From positions 134,054,302 to 134,109,619 of the forward strand of contig NC_068983.1 of assembly GCF_001194135.2 (NCBI RefSeq): a DNA stretch of 55,318 nt, written 5' to 3'. Shown here one piece after another: positions 38,350 to 50,040 of this stretch. The stretch comes from Octopus bimaculoides (Eukaryota). A program made the translations under genes and the position numbers. Below the pieces are notes generated by a model, which was not told where the DNA came from, did not search any database, and worked only from the letters and a program-made list of their open reading frames with translations. Each line of letters begins with the position of its first letter. Position 1 is the first letter of the stretch.

Positions 38350-38897
38350 GCAGTACCAGACAGTGGTTTCATGGCTTCTGATCTTAACCGATTGGAAGTG
38401 TTATCCATGTACATTGTTTTGTCTTGGCATAAAAGATGGGCTACAGCAAATATTCTGCTTATTACCACAGATTTGTTTGTCAGTTGCTCGATCTCAACCA
38501 GTCGAGCATATTCCTTAGTTGCTAACGATATGTGCATCTCTGGTCACGAGCAGAAGTAGTGGGGGAGCATCATAGTCCTGTGTTGAGAGGAATTTTGGAG
38601 GGTTTAGATAATTCAGCTCTGGAAACATGGGTGTTTCGTTCAACATCCTCAAACAACCCTTATTCAGGGACCTGTTGAGTGGGATGGGCTACTCGATCTG
38701 AAGAAAATTCTCCTACTGGACCCCACCTGCAAGGTCATGCGCTGTTTCTCTTGATTTGAGATCACCATGTCGCGCACATATGATTGTGATGCATGTGCTT
38801 GGTGTACCCTTATCAGACGGGTAGTTAGGATGGGTATAATGGGCTTCGTATATTTTACCCCAGTGTCACTTTGATGGCATGCACTGCTCTCTCACTC
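38350..38897 (+). mobile_element. 548-bp non-coding interspersed element embedded in (AAT)n arrays, copy 2
   Basis: Unique-looking sequence with sharp boundaries against (AAT)n on both sides and the same 3' terminus as copy 1. No recognisable protein. Likely a retroposed 3' UTR or non-autonomous element (inference). Confidence 0.7.
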
Positions 38898-38913
38898 AAT
38901 AATAATAATAATG

Positions 38914-38990
<77 letters not shown>
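38898..38990. repeat. (AAT)n array
   Basis: Directly visible. Confidence 0.95.
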
Positions 38991-39816
38991 CTTTGAGTTT
39001 TTTTTAGATTTTGCAAAGAAAAACAAGGGAAATTTAACAAAATCCAGATTGAAATATGAACAATGACCACCATTTCTGAAATTCCATAATAATTTCTCCA
39101 CTCAACCTTCTTTCCTCCAGAATTATCATCATCCGGAGCTTTGTCCCAACCCAGACTTTCCTTACAAGCATTAACACAGACAGTTGCATGACTTCGCCAG
39201 TTAGGAAGTCCTGCAAAAACCATGTGTACTTCTCTTTCAAATAGCGTGCCATATGTTTATTCAATGATAAGCTTGCAAATCCAAATGTGCCCAAGTTTTA
39301 TTTTGTATACTGTCATGACAACAGTATATATACTAAATCGCCCAGGACAAAGTCTGGTTGAAACTGAATTGTCGTCGGAGAATAAGAAGAGAGTAATTCT
39401 ATAATAATTCCCAAGAATCAAATTAGAAATCATTTTGAAAGTAAGCAAAAATCTTCAGGAGATTAAAAAGGTGTATGTTTGTATAAATGTACACAAGACA
39501 CTCCTAGTTTCCTTTGAAAAACTGTCTACATCTAAGTGTAGAGAGACGGGTATACATAAATACATTGAGAGAGATACAAAAGAACGTAATGTAGGCTATT
39601 TAAATCTGAAATAAATAAAAAGTATACATAATTGTATATTGGAATAAAGTTATGCATTTAATCTTCGGTGCATTTGCACATAGTTTCGTTGGAGTAGCAT
39701 TTAGAGAAAAAAACCAATCAGACAAGTTTTCAAAACTATAAAATATAACGGGATATTTGTGTCTGTATGTACCTAACAAGTACATACACACATTTACTTG
39801 TCTGTATATATATACA

Positions 39817-39927
39817 CTTAAACAAGAATATTGTTGACAGTAACTTCGAAGTTTCGGCCGATTAAGCTATTGTCAGACTGCCAGTCTGCTGTCTTCGAAG
39901 TCATTGTCAACAATATTTTTGTTTAAG
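39817..39927. repeat. 111-bp inverted repeat (35-bp arms, 32/35 match) containing a hammerhead-like motif
   Basis: Left arm CTTAAACAAGAATATTGTTGACAGTAACTTCGAAG (39817-39851) versus the reverse complement of the right arm (39893-39927), CTTAAACAAAAATATTGTTGACAATGACTTCGAAG. Confidence 0.9.
39836..39882 (-). ncRNA. Degenerate minimal type-I hammerhead ribozyme-like motif (PLE pLTR relic?)
   Basis: GGCAGT-CTGACAA-T-AGCT TAATC GGCC-GAAA-C TTCGAA G-TT-ACTGTC: 6-bp helix I, palindromic helix III region ACTTCGAAGT, GUU cleavage triplet. G8 and G10.1 are replaced by A, so it is probably inactive. Confidence 0.45.
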
Positions 39928-41050
39928 AATAAATCCATACTTTACAAAACTATCGAGTAACTTCTCAGATATATAAACGGTTTCTTTTTAACAATTAAAA
40001 ATGCACAACTGATTGAGCTAAGCGCAGTTACATTCTGGTGATTTCATAAATTGTTTTTGCTTCACACTTTGAAAACAAGATTTTAACTGAGAATATAGAC
40101 GGATGAAACGAAATGCTGGAAATAAAGTACTCTGCCTCGGTCATTTCCACTGCTCACACTTAAGTTAATACAGATTTTTTCTCATTTACCCTACTTATAC
40201 ATTAGGAACCGTTTATCGAAGACATAATATACAAACATTATTTATTAACATAAGATTTGGTCTTGTGCCAAAGCATGAAATCAATAGTAAGTCACGTCAA
40301 ATCGCCATTTTTCATTATTATATGTCATAAATTATATAGAAGAGGAAAACCACTCCCATCCTCCCTTCTCTTTCGATGCTAATACGCATTTTTCTCCAGT
40401 AAGCAAGAGATACTTGCTTTCAATTCAATCATTGTTGTTTTTTTATTTATCTCAATTCGATGAGTGTGAATGTATGCATATATATATATATATATATATA
40501 CATGGGAGAGAGAGAGAGTTTTACTTGTTTTGCAAGTGATTTGATCTGTCACACAACGTGCTGAATCTGAAACAATTACATTTTAGAAAAAGAAAATCCA
40601 TTTTAGCCAATAAAGAACGCATAAAAACATTTTGATTATCATCATTTACTTCTTAATTGTACAGTCTATTATTTCGCAATTGTACTTGTCTTACAAATGA
40701 TTTGATCTGAAAAAATTACTGCCACAGTTTATTCATTCAAAGACGCACAAAATCTACTAACTGCACTTAATCCTTTATTATTTGGTGTCAAAATGAAGTT
40801 AATAGTTCTTGTGTGTTTTTGAATGGCTAAAATGCATTTTCCACGCTGTGATTGCAACAGTCTATTATGAAATGTCAAAGAATGTTGTTGCAGTTGTTCT
40901 AAAGACTAACGGCTAGCAACCGAGTCAATAACACAGTTCTGTTATTAGTGAGTAGCTTGCATAAATGTGACGAAATTTTTGACTCTTCATAATAAACTGT
41001 ATAATGAAAAAAACAAACGAAAAATAAATATAACGGTTTTTTGTAGTCTT

Positions 41051-41192
41051 ATACATACATACATACATGCATACATACATACATACATACATACATACAT
41101 ACATACATACATGCATGCATGCATGCATACATACATGCATGCATACCTACATACATACATACATACATACATACATACATACATACATACAT
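41051..41192. repeat. (CATA)n/(CATG)n array
   Basis: Directly visible. Confidence 0.95.
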
Positions 41193-41375
41193 GTACATGC
41201 GCTCATTATATTTTTACTCCACATAATTCCATTTGTAAGAAGGCTCAAAATGGCAAACCATAAAGAAAATATGCGCAGGAGTGTGAGAATTGGCAGAGGC
41301 ATTGAGTTTTTGTATATTCTGAGTTTAAATCTCAACCCTATTTGACTGAATTAATTCATAACTGAAATAATTTCA

Positions 41376-41585
41376 AGGCGGCGAGCTGGCAGAATCGTTA
41401 GCACGCCGGGCGAAATGCTTAGCGGGATTTCGTCTGACTTCACGTTCTGAGTTCAAATGCCGCCGGGGTCGACTTTGCCTTTCAGGGTCGATAAATTAAG
41501 TACCAGTTACGTACTGGGGTCGATGTAATCGACTAGTCCCCTCCCCCAAATTTCAGGCCTTGTGCCTACAGTAGAAAGGATTACA
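41376..41585 (+). mobile_element. tRNA-derived SINE family A with a 12-bp TSD
   Basis: Head AGGCGGCGAGCTGGCAGAATCGTTAGCACGCCGGGCG, B-box GTTCAAATGCC, and TSD GAAATAATTTCA at 41364-41375 and 41586-41597. Confidence 0.95.
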
Positions 41586-42157
41586 GAAATAATTTCATCG
41601 ACCACGATTCTCACTGATAATATTTAGTTAAACCCATTTTCTTTCTTTTTTTTCTTCAATGCTTTTTTTTTTTTTTCAATGTCCCCATNNNNNNNNNNNN
41701 NNNNNNNNNNNNNNNNNNNNNNNNNNNNNNNNNNNNNNNNNNNNNNNNNNNNNNNNNNNNNNNNNNNNNNNNNNNNNNNNNNNNNNNNNNNNNNNNNNNN
41801 NNNNNNNNNNNNNNNNNNNNNNNNNNNNNNNNNNNNNNNNNNNNNNNNNNNNNNNNNNNNNNNNNNNNNNNNNNNNNNNNNNNNNNNNNNNNNNNNNNNN
41901 NNNNNNNNNNNNNNNNNNNNNNNNNNNNNNNNNNNNNNNNNNNNNNNNNNNNNNNNNNNNNNNNNNNNNNNNNNNNNNNNNNNNNNNNNNNNNNNNNNNN
42001 NNNNNNNNNNNNNNNNNNNNNNNNNNNNNNNNNNNNNNNNNNNNNNNNNNNNNNNNNNNNNNNNNNNNNNNNNNNNNNNNNNNNNNNNNNNNNNNNNNNN
42101 NNNNNNNNNNNNNNNNNNNNNNNNNNNNNNNNNNNNNNNNNNNNNNNNNNNNNNNNN

Positions 42158-43436
42158 TTAGGCATGTTGTCCAATGGATTAGGACGTCCATCATGTCACG
42201 TATCCCCCTACTAGACTTAAGACAGAAAGGATTAGTGTAGTGTAGTAAAACAATAACAACAATATCAGAGTAACAGTAAAAACTAAAACAATAGTAATAA
42301 GGAGACATACTTGCCTTATAATGACTTCAAGAAATTTCATAAAAGATTTCAATTATACAACACAAATACACAGAGCTCTCTATCACAGAAAGAGCTTCAG
42401 TATAGAGGGCGTAAAGAGGAAGAAACAATATAGGGGTCACCATGAGAGAGAAGTTTATTGCAGAAAGAGGGTGAAATAAGACTAAGAGAAAGACACACAC
42501 ACAGAGATAGAGAGATAGAGTGAGAGAAAACTCGATTACAAAGAAGGCTCTTAAATTTCTGCGTCACATCTATATACCTGTGTCTACCTGTGTATCCATC
42601 TATCTATTTATCTATCTATCCATCTATCTAATTATTCTCTGTTGAAATAAGCAGTCAGTTAAGATGGAATTTAGCAGTAAATATACGACACAAACATTTA
42701 TTAACATTCACCAAATTTTAACAAATATTTCTCTAAATCACACTTTCACACTTCTGTTTTTCACGTCAGCTGCACAGCTTTTAAACATTATAAATAGTTG
42801 TTGCTGTGAGTGTGTGTGTGTGTNNNNNNNNNNTTTTTTTTTTTTCAATGTCCCCATAATTCTAATATCTGAGTTACCACAAAAGGTTCGTCTCCTTGTA
42901 ATGTGTCAAGTGTAAGTCAACCTGGCAGAATCCACTCTTCTCCCCGCTGTTGAATACGGATGGAGTATGTGGAGAATGTGAAGTAAAGAAGGTTCACCGG
43001 GAAAATATATTTGTGTCACAGTTTTACTGGAAGTTTAACGCTTATCTCCGAAGCTCACACAAACGTCACCCTCCCATCACCACCGCAGTTTAAAAAGAAC
43101 TAAAATGACTAACTCTCTTCTTCATTTTCCTCGTTCTTCTTCCTAAACTGAGAAATAAAAACAAATATTATTGGACAGCTAGCTTTCTAGCCGTGACAAT
43201 CCCATATGTTTAGGCATGTTGTCCAATGGATTAGGACGTCCATCATGTCACGTATCCCCCTACTAGACTTAAGACAGAAAGGATTAGTGTAGTGTAGTAA
43301 AACAATAACAACAATATCAGAGTAACAGTAAAAACTAAAACAATAGTAATAAGGAGACATACTTGCCTTATAATGACTTCAAGAAATTTCATAAAAGATT
43401 TCAATTATACAACACAAATACACAGAGCTCTCTATC
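42158..43436. other. Redundant assembly segment: 227-bp exact duplicate (42158-42384 = 43210-43436)
   Basis: Base-for-base identity with each copy bounded on one side by an N-gap. The anchor ttttttcaatgtccccat is also repeated, before the gap at 41688 and after the gap at 42834. Confidence 0.85.
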
Positions 43437-44198
43437 NNNNNNNNNNNNNNNNNNNNNNNNNNNNNNNNNNNNNNNNNNNNNNNNNNNNNNNNNNNNNNNN
43501 NNNNNNNNNNNNNNNNNNNNNNNNNNNNNNNNNNNNNNNNNNNNNNNNNNNNNNNNNNNNNNNNNNNNNNNNNNNNNNNNNNNNNNNNNNNNNNNNNNNN
43601 NNNNNNNNNNNNNNNNNNNNNNNNNNNNNNNNNNNNNNNNNNNNNNNNNNNNNNNNNNNNNNNNNNNNNNNNNNNNNNNNNNNNNNNNNNNNNNNNNNNN
43701 NNNNNNNNNNNNNNNNNNNNNNNNNNNNNNNNNNNNNNNNNNNNNNNNNNNNNNNNNNNNNNNNNNNNNNNNNNNNNNNNNNNNNNNNNNNNNNNNNNNN
43801 NNNNNNNNNNNNNNNNNNNNNNNNNNNNNNNNNNNNNNNNNNNNNNNNNNNNNNNNNNNNNNNNNNNNNNNNNNNNNNNNNNNNNNNNNNNNNNNNNNNN
43901 NNNNNNNNNNNNNNNNNNNNNNNNNNNNNNNNNNNNNNNNNNNNNNNNNNNNNNNNNNNNNNNNNNNNNNNNNNNNNNNNNNNNNNNNNNNNNNNNNNNN
44001 NNNNNNNNNNNNNNNNNNNNNNNNNNNNNNNNNNNNNNNNNNNNNNNNNNNNNNNNNNNNNNNNNNNNNNNNNNNNNNNNNNNNNNNNNNNNNNNNNNNN
44101 NNNNNNNNNNNNNNNNNNNNNNNNNNNNNNNNNNNNNNNNNNNNCCACATAACTGGTAATGTATCTACCATGAAACATCTATCAGTCAATATTCATCT

Positions 44199-44243
<45 letters not shown>

Positions 44244-44544
44244 CTCAATTTGTTTCCACGTATGTAGAACACAGCTTGGTTGAATGAAGACGTCGTTTCG
44301 CAATCACGAGGTATCAGGTTCGACATCTTAAGCAAGTGTCTTTTACCATAGCATCAGTTACCAGGAACATTTTTAGTTAAATTCTTTTGACGGAAATCGC
44401 ATGGACCTCGTCAAAAGGATTATAAGAGTAATTTAAGTTTCCAGCTTTGTCATACTGTTATACTGACTCCACCTGAGAATTACATGAGGAATATACAGGA
44501 CTGTGGAATGTTCAGCCACTTACACGTTAAATCAGTTTCAAATT

Positions 44545-44648
44545 TTGGCACAAGGCCAGCAAGTTTGGAGCAGGGGGTAAACCGATTACTTCGACCCCCA
44601 CTTGTTGACTGAAACTTATCTTATCGATCTCGAAAAGGTGAAAGGCAA
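44545..44648 (-). mobile_element. SINE family A, 3' fragment
   Basis: tttcaaattttggcacaaggccagcaag...ttatcgatctcgaaaaggtgaaaggcaag is the reverse complement of the family A tail and core. Confidence 0.7.
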
Positions 44649-44649
44649 G

Positions 44650-44895
44650 GGTTCAGTCCCACTGCGTGGTACCTCGGGCAAGTATCATCTACTATAGCCT
44701 CGGACGAGTCAAAGCTTTGTGAGTGAATTTGGTAGTTGGAAATTGAAAGAAGCCCGTCGTGTGTGTGTATGTGTGTATGTGTGTCTGTGTTTGTCCCTCG
44801 TTACCATTTGACAACCGGTGTTGGTGTGTTTGCGTCCCCGTAACTAGCGGTTCGGAAAAATAAACTGATAGAATAAGTACCAAGCTCAAACAAGT

Positions 44896-44897
<2 letters not shown>
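44650..44897 (+). mobile_element. SINE family B, 5'-truncated
   Basis: gggttcagtcccactgcgtgg...ttgacaaccggtgttggtgtgtttgcgtccccgtaactagcggttcgg. Confidence 0.85.
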
Positions 44898-44934
<37 letters not shown>

Positions 44935-44979
44935 NNNNNNNNNNNNNNNNNNNNNNNNNNNNNNNNNNNNNNNNNNNNN

Positions 44980-45016
<37 letters not shown>

Positions 45017-45483
45017 GAAATCAAACGGAATGATATTTTTTAAAAGCATTTAATGTTCTTTTCAGCGTTTGCGTGATATATAATAGTTAATATATCCCCA
45101 TATGCAAGATCTTCTTCAGTTAAAATATTTTGAAATGAAGGTCTTGCGCAAGGGGATGTTTTTCTTATCATATATTACGCAATATCTGAAACGTAGATAT
45201 TAAATACTTTGAAAATGTTATTATTTGGTTTGACTTCATTATTACAACTTATATGACTTGATGCAAGCACAAACTAACTTGTCCTGATTCCACTTACGCA
45301 CATACTCTAGCAATTATTTGGAATAGTTTGTTGTATATGACTGGAGTCGAAAATTCTGGTACCGTGTACTGCTTTTAAACCAAACGCGAAATTACATAAG
45401 CGTGTGCGTGTGTGTGTGTGCGTATGTGTGTGTGTGTGTGTGCGTGTGTGTGCGTGCGTGTCTTGGTATAGAATTTGGATAAT

Positions 45484-45535
45484 ATTACGTCAGGTGACGT
45501 GACGTAATAGGTACATAAATTACTGCTCAGATTGG
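45484..45535. promoter_or_regulatory. Cluster of CRE/ATF-like TGACGT sites in a palindrome, plus an inverted CCAAT
   Basis: ATTACGTCA-GGTGACG-TGACGTAAT (45484-45508) and ATTGG at 45531. Motif match only. Confidence 0.2.
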
Positions 45536-45640
45536 CTTGCTGCCTAAACTCCAGCTTGAACTGCAACTAAAAAAGCAGGAATGATACAGTTGCCAAGTGA
45601 AATTTGGCTACGGGCAGTGTTTCAGTTGAGTAGGCATGTG

Positions 45641-46128
45641 TATAATAGAATAAAGGAATAAAAAAGGCAAACAGCTTGTATCGGGTGAGATTATGACATT
45701 GATATATTTAAATATTGGGATGAGTTGTTACAGGAGTATAGATCACATGAGGTCGATACAAGATCAGTTGAAGAACGTTCATAATCGTTATACAGCAAGT
45801 CCGAATTATTGATATTAGGTATGACTGGTCATCGCAGGTAGAATCCGTAGCTGGATGTGAAGACTGGTAAAGGTCCTCCCTTCCTCATTTCTTCTCATCT
45901 ACGATGACCAGCTTTACCTAATGCCAATAATTCGGACCTATCGTAAAACAGTTCGTTCCAGGAATACTAAGATATACAAATGACCATTATGAACATTCTT
46001 CAATTGATCTTTTATCGACTTCTTATAATATATATACTGTAACAACTCAACTCTCATATTTAAATGTATAAATGTCCCAATCTGACCTGTTACTAGTTGT
46101 TTGCTGTTTTATCCTTTTATTCTATATA
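45641..46128. repeat. About 490-bp fold-back (long imperfect inverted repeat), MITE-like
   Basis: Left arm about 45641-45843 aligns to the reverse complement of about 45892-46128, with a roughly 30-nt indel in the right arm and a spacer of about 48 nt. TA-rich ends. Confidence 0.8.
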
Positions 46129-46400
46129 TGTATATATAAATATTTCTATATTTCGAATGTCCCTGCCACATCGTCGACCACACTCCTTGCAAACCACTCT
46201 CACACACCACTCGGAATTAGTAATGGAGGCCCAGAGACGCAATCTGGTGGGGAGACGATACCAAATGCCTTACTCACTGTCCAAAGGTGTTTTGTTCAGT
46301 CAACGTCAACTACGACGGACAGCCGACGACGACGATATATGTACCTGAGTAGCCATCCATTAATAGTTATAAATCTACTTTACCAATACTCATATTTCAG

Positions 46401-46475
<75 letters not shown>
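46401..46475. repeat. (TATC)n array
   Basis: Directly visible. Confidence 0.95.
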
Positions 46476-46476
<1 letters not shown>

Positions 46477-47295
46477 CGTCTCTTCACCTGTACGTCTAAT
46501 CTATCGCTCTGTATTCTGTTTCTTTCTTCTCTCTTTCTTAGTTTCTCCCCATCTCTCTGTCTCATATAATCTCCAGTTCTAGATTCTTCTCCTCTTTTCC
46601 TATCAATTTCCATGTCCCTCCTTGAGTTTCATATCTTCAGTTTGTTGTTATATCCTTCTTTTCAATTTTGCACCCTCCTAATCTGCTTCACAATATCTTT
46701 GGAGACTAGAGCCCATGACAGCTGGCATGTCAGTTTTTTTTTTTTTTTTCGTTTTCTCAAGTCCATAATTGGAGCGAGTTGTTGTTTCTACAAATACTGT
46801 TTGTTCTAAGCAGTATTTGTTATCAAGGCAGGTCGAAATTTGTCCATCTTTGTGAAGTTCAACAACGATCACGATGACTTGGACCAATTCATTGTTGACA
46901 CGTCACAGATTTGTAGCAATCTGTATCGTCTGCTTCAGTCAATGCATGTTTCTATGCGTGTGTAAACGTGCACGCGTAAATATGTGTATTTATATATGTG
47001 TATGCGCGCGCGTGTGCGCGTGTGTGTGTTCATATATGTGTGTAATCGTGCGTGTGTGTGTGTGTGTTCGTATATGTGTGTATGCGTGCGTGTGTGTGTT
47101 TATATGAGTATATATGTTTGCAAAAGACTTATTAGTTTCTATTCCTGAAGGTGCGTTTGACATTTATTTACTCTGCTCATTCCACAACTCTTTTTTTCTT
47201 TATCTCTCTCTTCTCTCTCCCTTTCTTTTTCTGTCTTTCACTTCCTCTCTCTCTGTCTCTCTCTCTCTCTGTCACTCACTCACTCTCTCTCTCTC

Positions 47296-47347
<52 letters not shown>

Positions 47348-48256
47348 AAGTTTTCACATTTGCACGCCAAATTTGTGTCCCGATGCATTACAGTGTGTGT
47401 GTGTGCGTGCTTTTATGTCATGTATGTATGCATGTATGTATCCTTAAGTGAGTATTTGCGCTTCTACATGACTTTGATCTTTATTTACTTACTATTTTTC
47501 CTCTTTTCCCTAGAATATACTTTTCATGCTATCTCTGCCGCTCTCTACCCATCTATCTACCCCTTTCTATATTTATCTACCTACCCATCAACCTATCAAC
47601 CTACCTGTCTGTCTATCTACCTGTGTGTCTGTCTATTTATGTATCTATCTCCTGTATATTTCTAATTAAACTTTATACATGAATGCATGTACGTGTTTAT
47701 GGGTGTATGTGTGTGCATTTATGTGCGTATATATAGGTATGTGTGTCGTGTTATGGGTTTTGTACTTGACATGCAATGCTTTGCATGACTTTCAATATGC
47801 AGTCTTAATCCCTCGCCATAAGATTTCCTTGATTACGTTAGTGATACATTTTCCTTCTCCGCCGTAAGCACACACAAACACACACCCAAATACCACCATC
47901 ACAGAATCGTGTATTCTACCAATCTCTCCTAATTATTGGTTTTCGGTTATTTTACTTTTGACTTGCAATATCTTCCTATTCCAGGAAAAAAAGACAAAAA
48001 AGTTTGTTGTCTTTGTTTTTATTATGGTGTGTAATTAACGGTCGCTGCTGCCTGTAATCCAATAGAAACAATTCCAAAGGCCTACGTTGCGGTAACAAGG
48101 TCGTCTTGAAATGAAATAAAATGAAAGTAAACAGGTGTGTGTAGGTGTGTATACATGACTGTATTAAAAAGAACTATTTACGTATCTCTCACGTAATGAA
48201 TTTTTGTTCAGACACATATGCACAGGTGTGCATTTGTTGAGTGTATGCATGTATAG

Positions 48257-48305
<49 letters not shown>

Positions 48306-49442
48306 ACACACACACATACACACACACACATATTTACGTACTATCGTTTTCGAAGTACTTTAGTGTGTATGTATGAAAGTATGAAAGTATATATAGATAT
48401 GNNNNNNNNNNNNNNNNNNNNNNNNNNNNNNNNNNNNNNNNNNNNNNNNNNNNNNNNNNNNNNNNNNNNNNNNNNNNNNNNNNNNNNNNNNNNNNNNNNN
48501 NNNNNNNNNNNNNNNNNNNNNNNNNNNNNNNNNNNNNNNNNNNNNNNNNNNNNNNNNNNNNNNNNNNNNNNNNNNNNNNNNNNNNNNNNNNNNNNNNNNN
48601 NNNNNNNNNNNNNNNNNNNNNNNNNNNNNNNNNNNNNNNNNNNNNNNNNNNNNNNNNNNNNNNNNNNNNNNNNNNNNNNNNNNNNNNNNNNNNNNNNNNN
48701 NNNNNNNNNNNNNNNNNNNNNNNNNNNNNNNNNNNNNNNNNNNNNNNNNNNNNNNNNNNNNNATATATATAACTGAAGAAATTGGAGTCAACAAGAAGGA
48801 TATATATGTGTGTATGAGTATGTGAATGCATGCGTGCGTGTGTCTATATGCGCATGTGTGTATTTGTACGTACGTTTGTGTGTGTGTGTGCGCAGGGTGC
48901 GTGTGTGTGTGCGCGTGTGTGTGTGTGTGTGCGCGTGTGTGTGTGTGTGATATTTTGTGTCTATGTGGTTTTGAAGTAGTGTATCTACAAATTTGCCACC
49001 ACTCCTTCAATCTTCGCACCATTACCCACCGCTTCCAACACCTCAACATCGTCAACATCATCACGACCAATACTAACACTACCTCCAATACCACTACAAT
49101 CCTCGCAACCTCTGCAACCACTAACATCAAAACTACATCCCACTATCTCAGACCGAATTCTCAGCTGAGTTTACGTCACTAAAACCACATAAACAGCATT
49201 GCTTCTGCCACTAATTTCACTACATCCATCATCATCATCGCTATGATCTGCCGTTTCCCTTCTTGCACGACTCCAGTTCTCAATCAAAGCTGTTATGAAA
49301 CTAAGTCTTTGATTTCTTTTAGACTATTTTTGATTAATATTGAGTATATATTGCTAATTATGCTTGTGTTATTGTAGTTGTTATTTCTGATATTGTTGTT
49401 AGTAACAATCATAGCAATAACAAGAATATTGATTTGTAAGGT

Positions 49443-49595
49443 AGGCACAAGACCGCAGATTTGGGGAGAGCAAGGAGTCGATTATTTCGATCTCAGCTCT
49501 TTACTGGTCCTCTATTTTTAAGACGGAAGATTAAAAGAAAAATTCTGTAAAGAATAAATGCCAACGTTCAAGCGACTCTGCCAATCCGTCGCTTC
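49443..49595 (-). mobile_element. Degenerate, internally deleted SINE family A
   Basis: ggcacaagacc..gtcgattatttcgat..cagct..tactggt and gcgactctgccaatccgtcgc are the reverse complement of the tail and head. Confidence 0.55.
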
Positions 49596-49839
49596 TAAAC
49601 ATTAATAGCAGAAAATGAAATAACAGTAATGTTCCTGGCTATTATCTTCTTACTTCCATACTGTGTCGAAAGACGGATCAACTGCAACAGGAAAAAATCC
49701 ATTAAATAGAGCCAGTTGTTACCTGAAAGGAAATATGACTTGGTAGAGTGTAGCTTGGTAGCTTTCACTAATTGTTTTAGGTGACTATCTAGTCACAGGA
49801 AGACATAAACATCTTAGTCCCTTCACCTTTGACCAATAC

Positions 49840-50040
49840 GGAACATCCAGATGTAACAGGGGAACAGTGAAAAGGGCTGCTGCACCAACATGCCGCTGGT
49901 TCACATTATAACTTAGTAGACTTGAGCAATGTGAAATAAACTGTCTTGCTCATAGGTATATCTTATGGCCCGGTGCAGAAATTGAACCCCCGACCTCATG
50001 ATCATCAGCCGATCATCTTAGCCACTAGGTCGTACACCTT
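49840..50040 (-). mobile_element. tRNA-headed SINE family D, degenerate
   Basis: gagcaatgtgaaataaactgtcttgctca...gaaattgaaccc.cgacctcatgatc...cttagccactagg is the reverse complement of the 31908-type head. Confidence 0.55.

Noticed and set aside
46790-46820. 10-bp hairpin ACAAATACTG/CAGTATTTGT and an overlapping signal-peptide-like frame
   Set aside because: Isolated and short, with no start codon or convincing exon structure.
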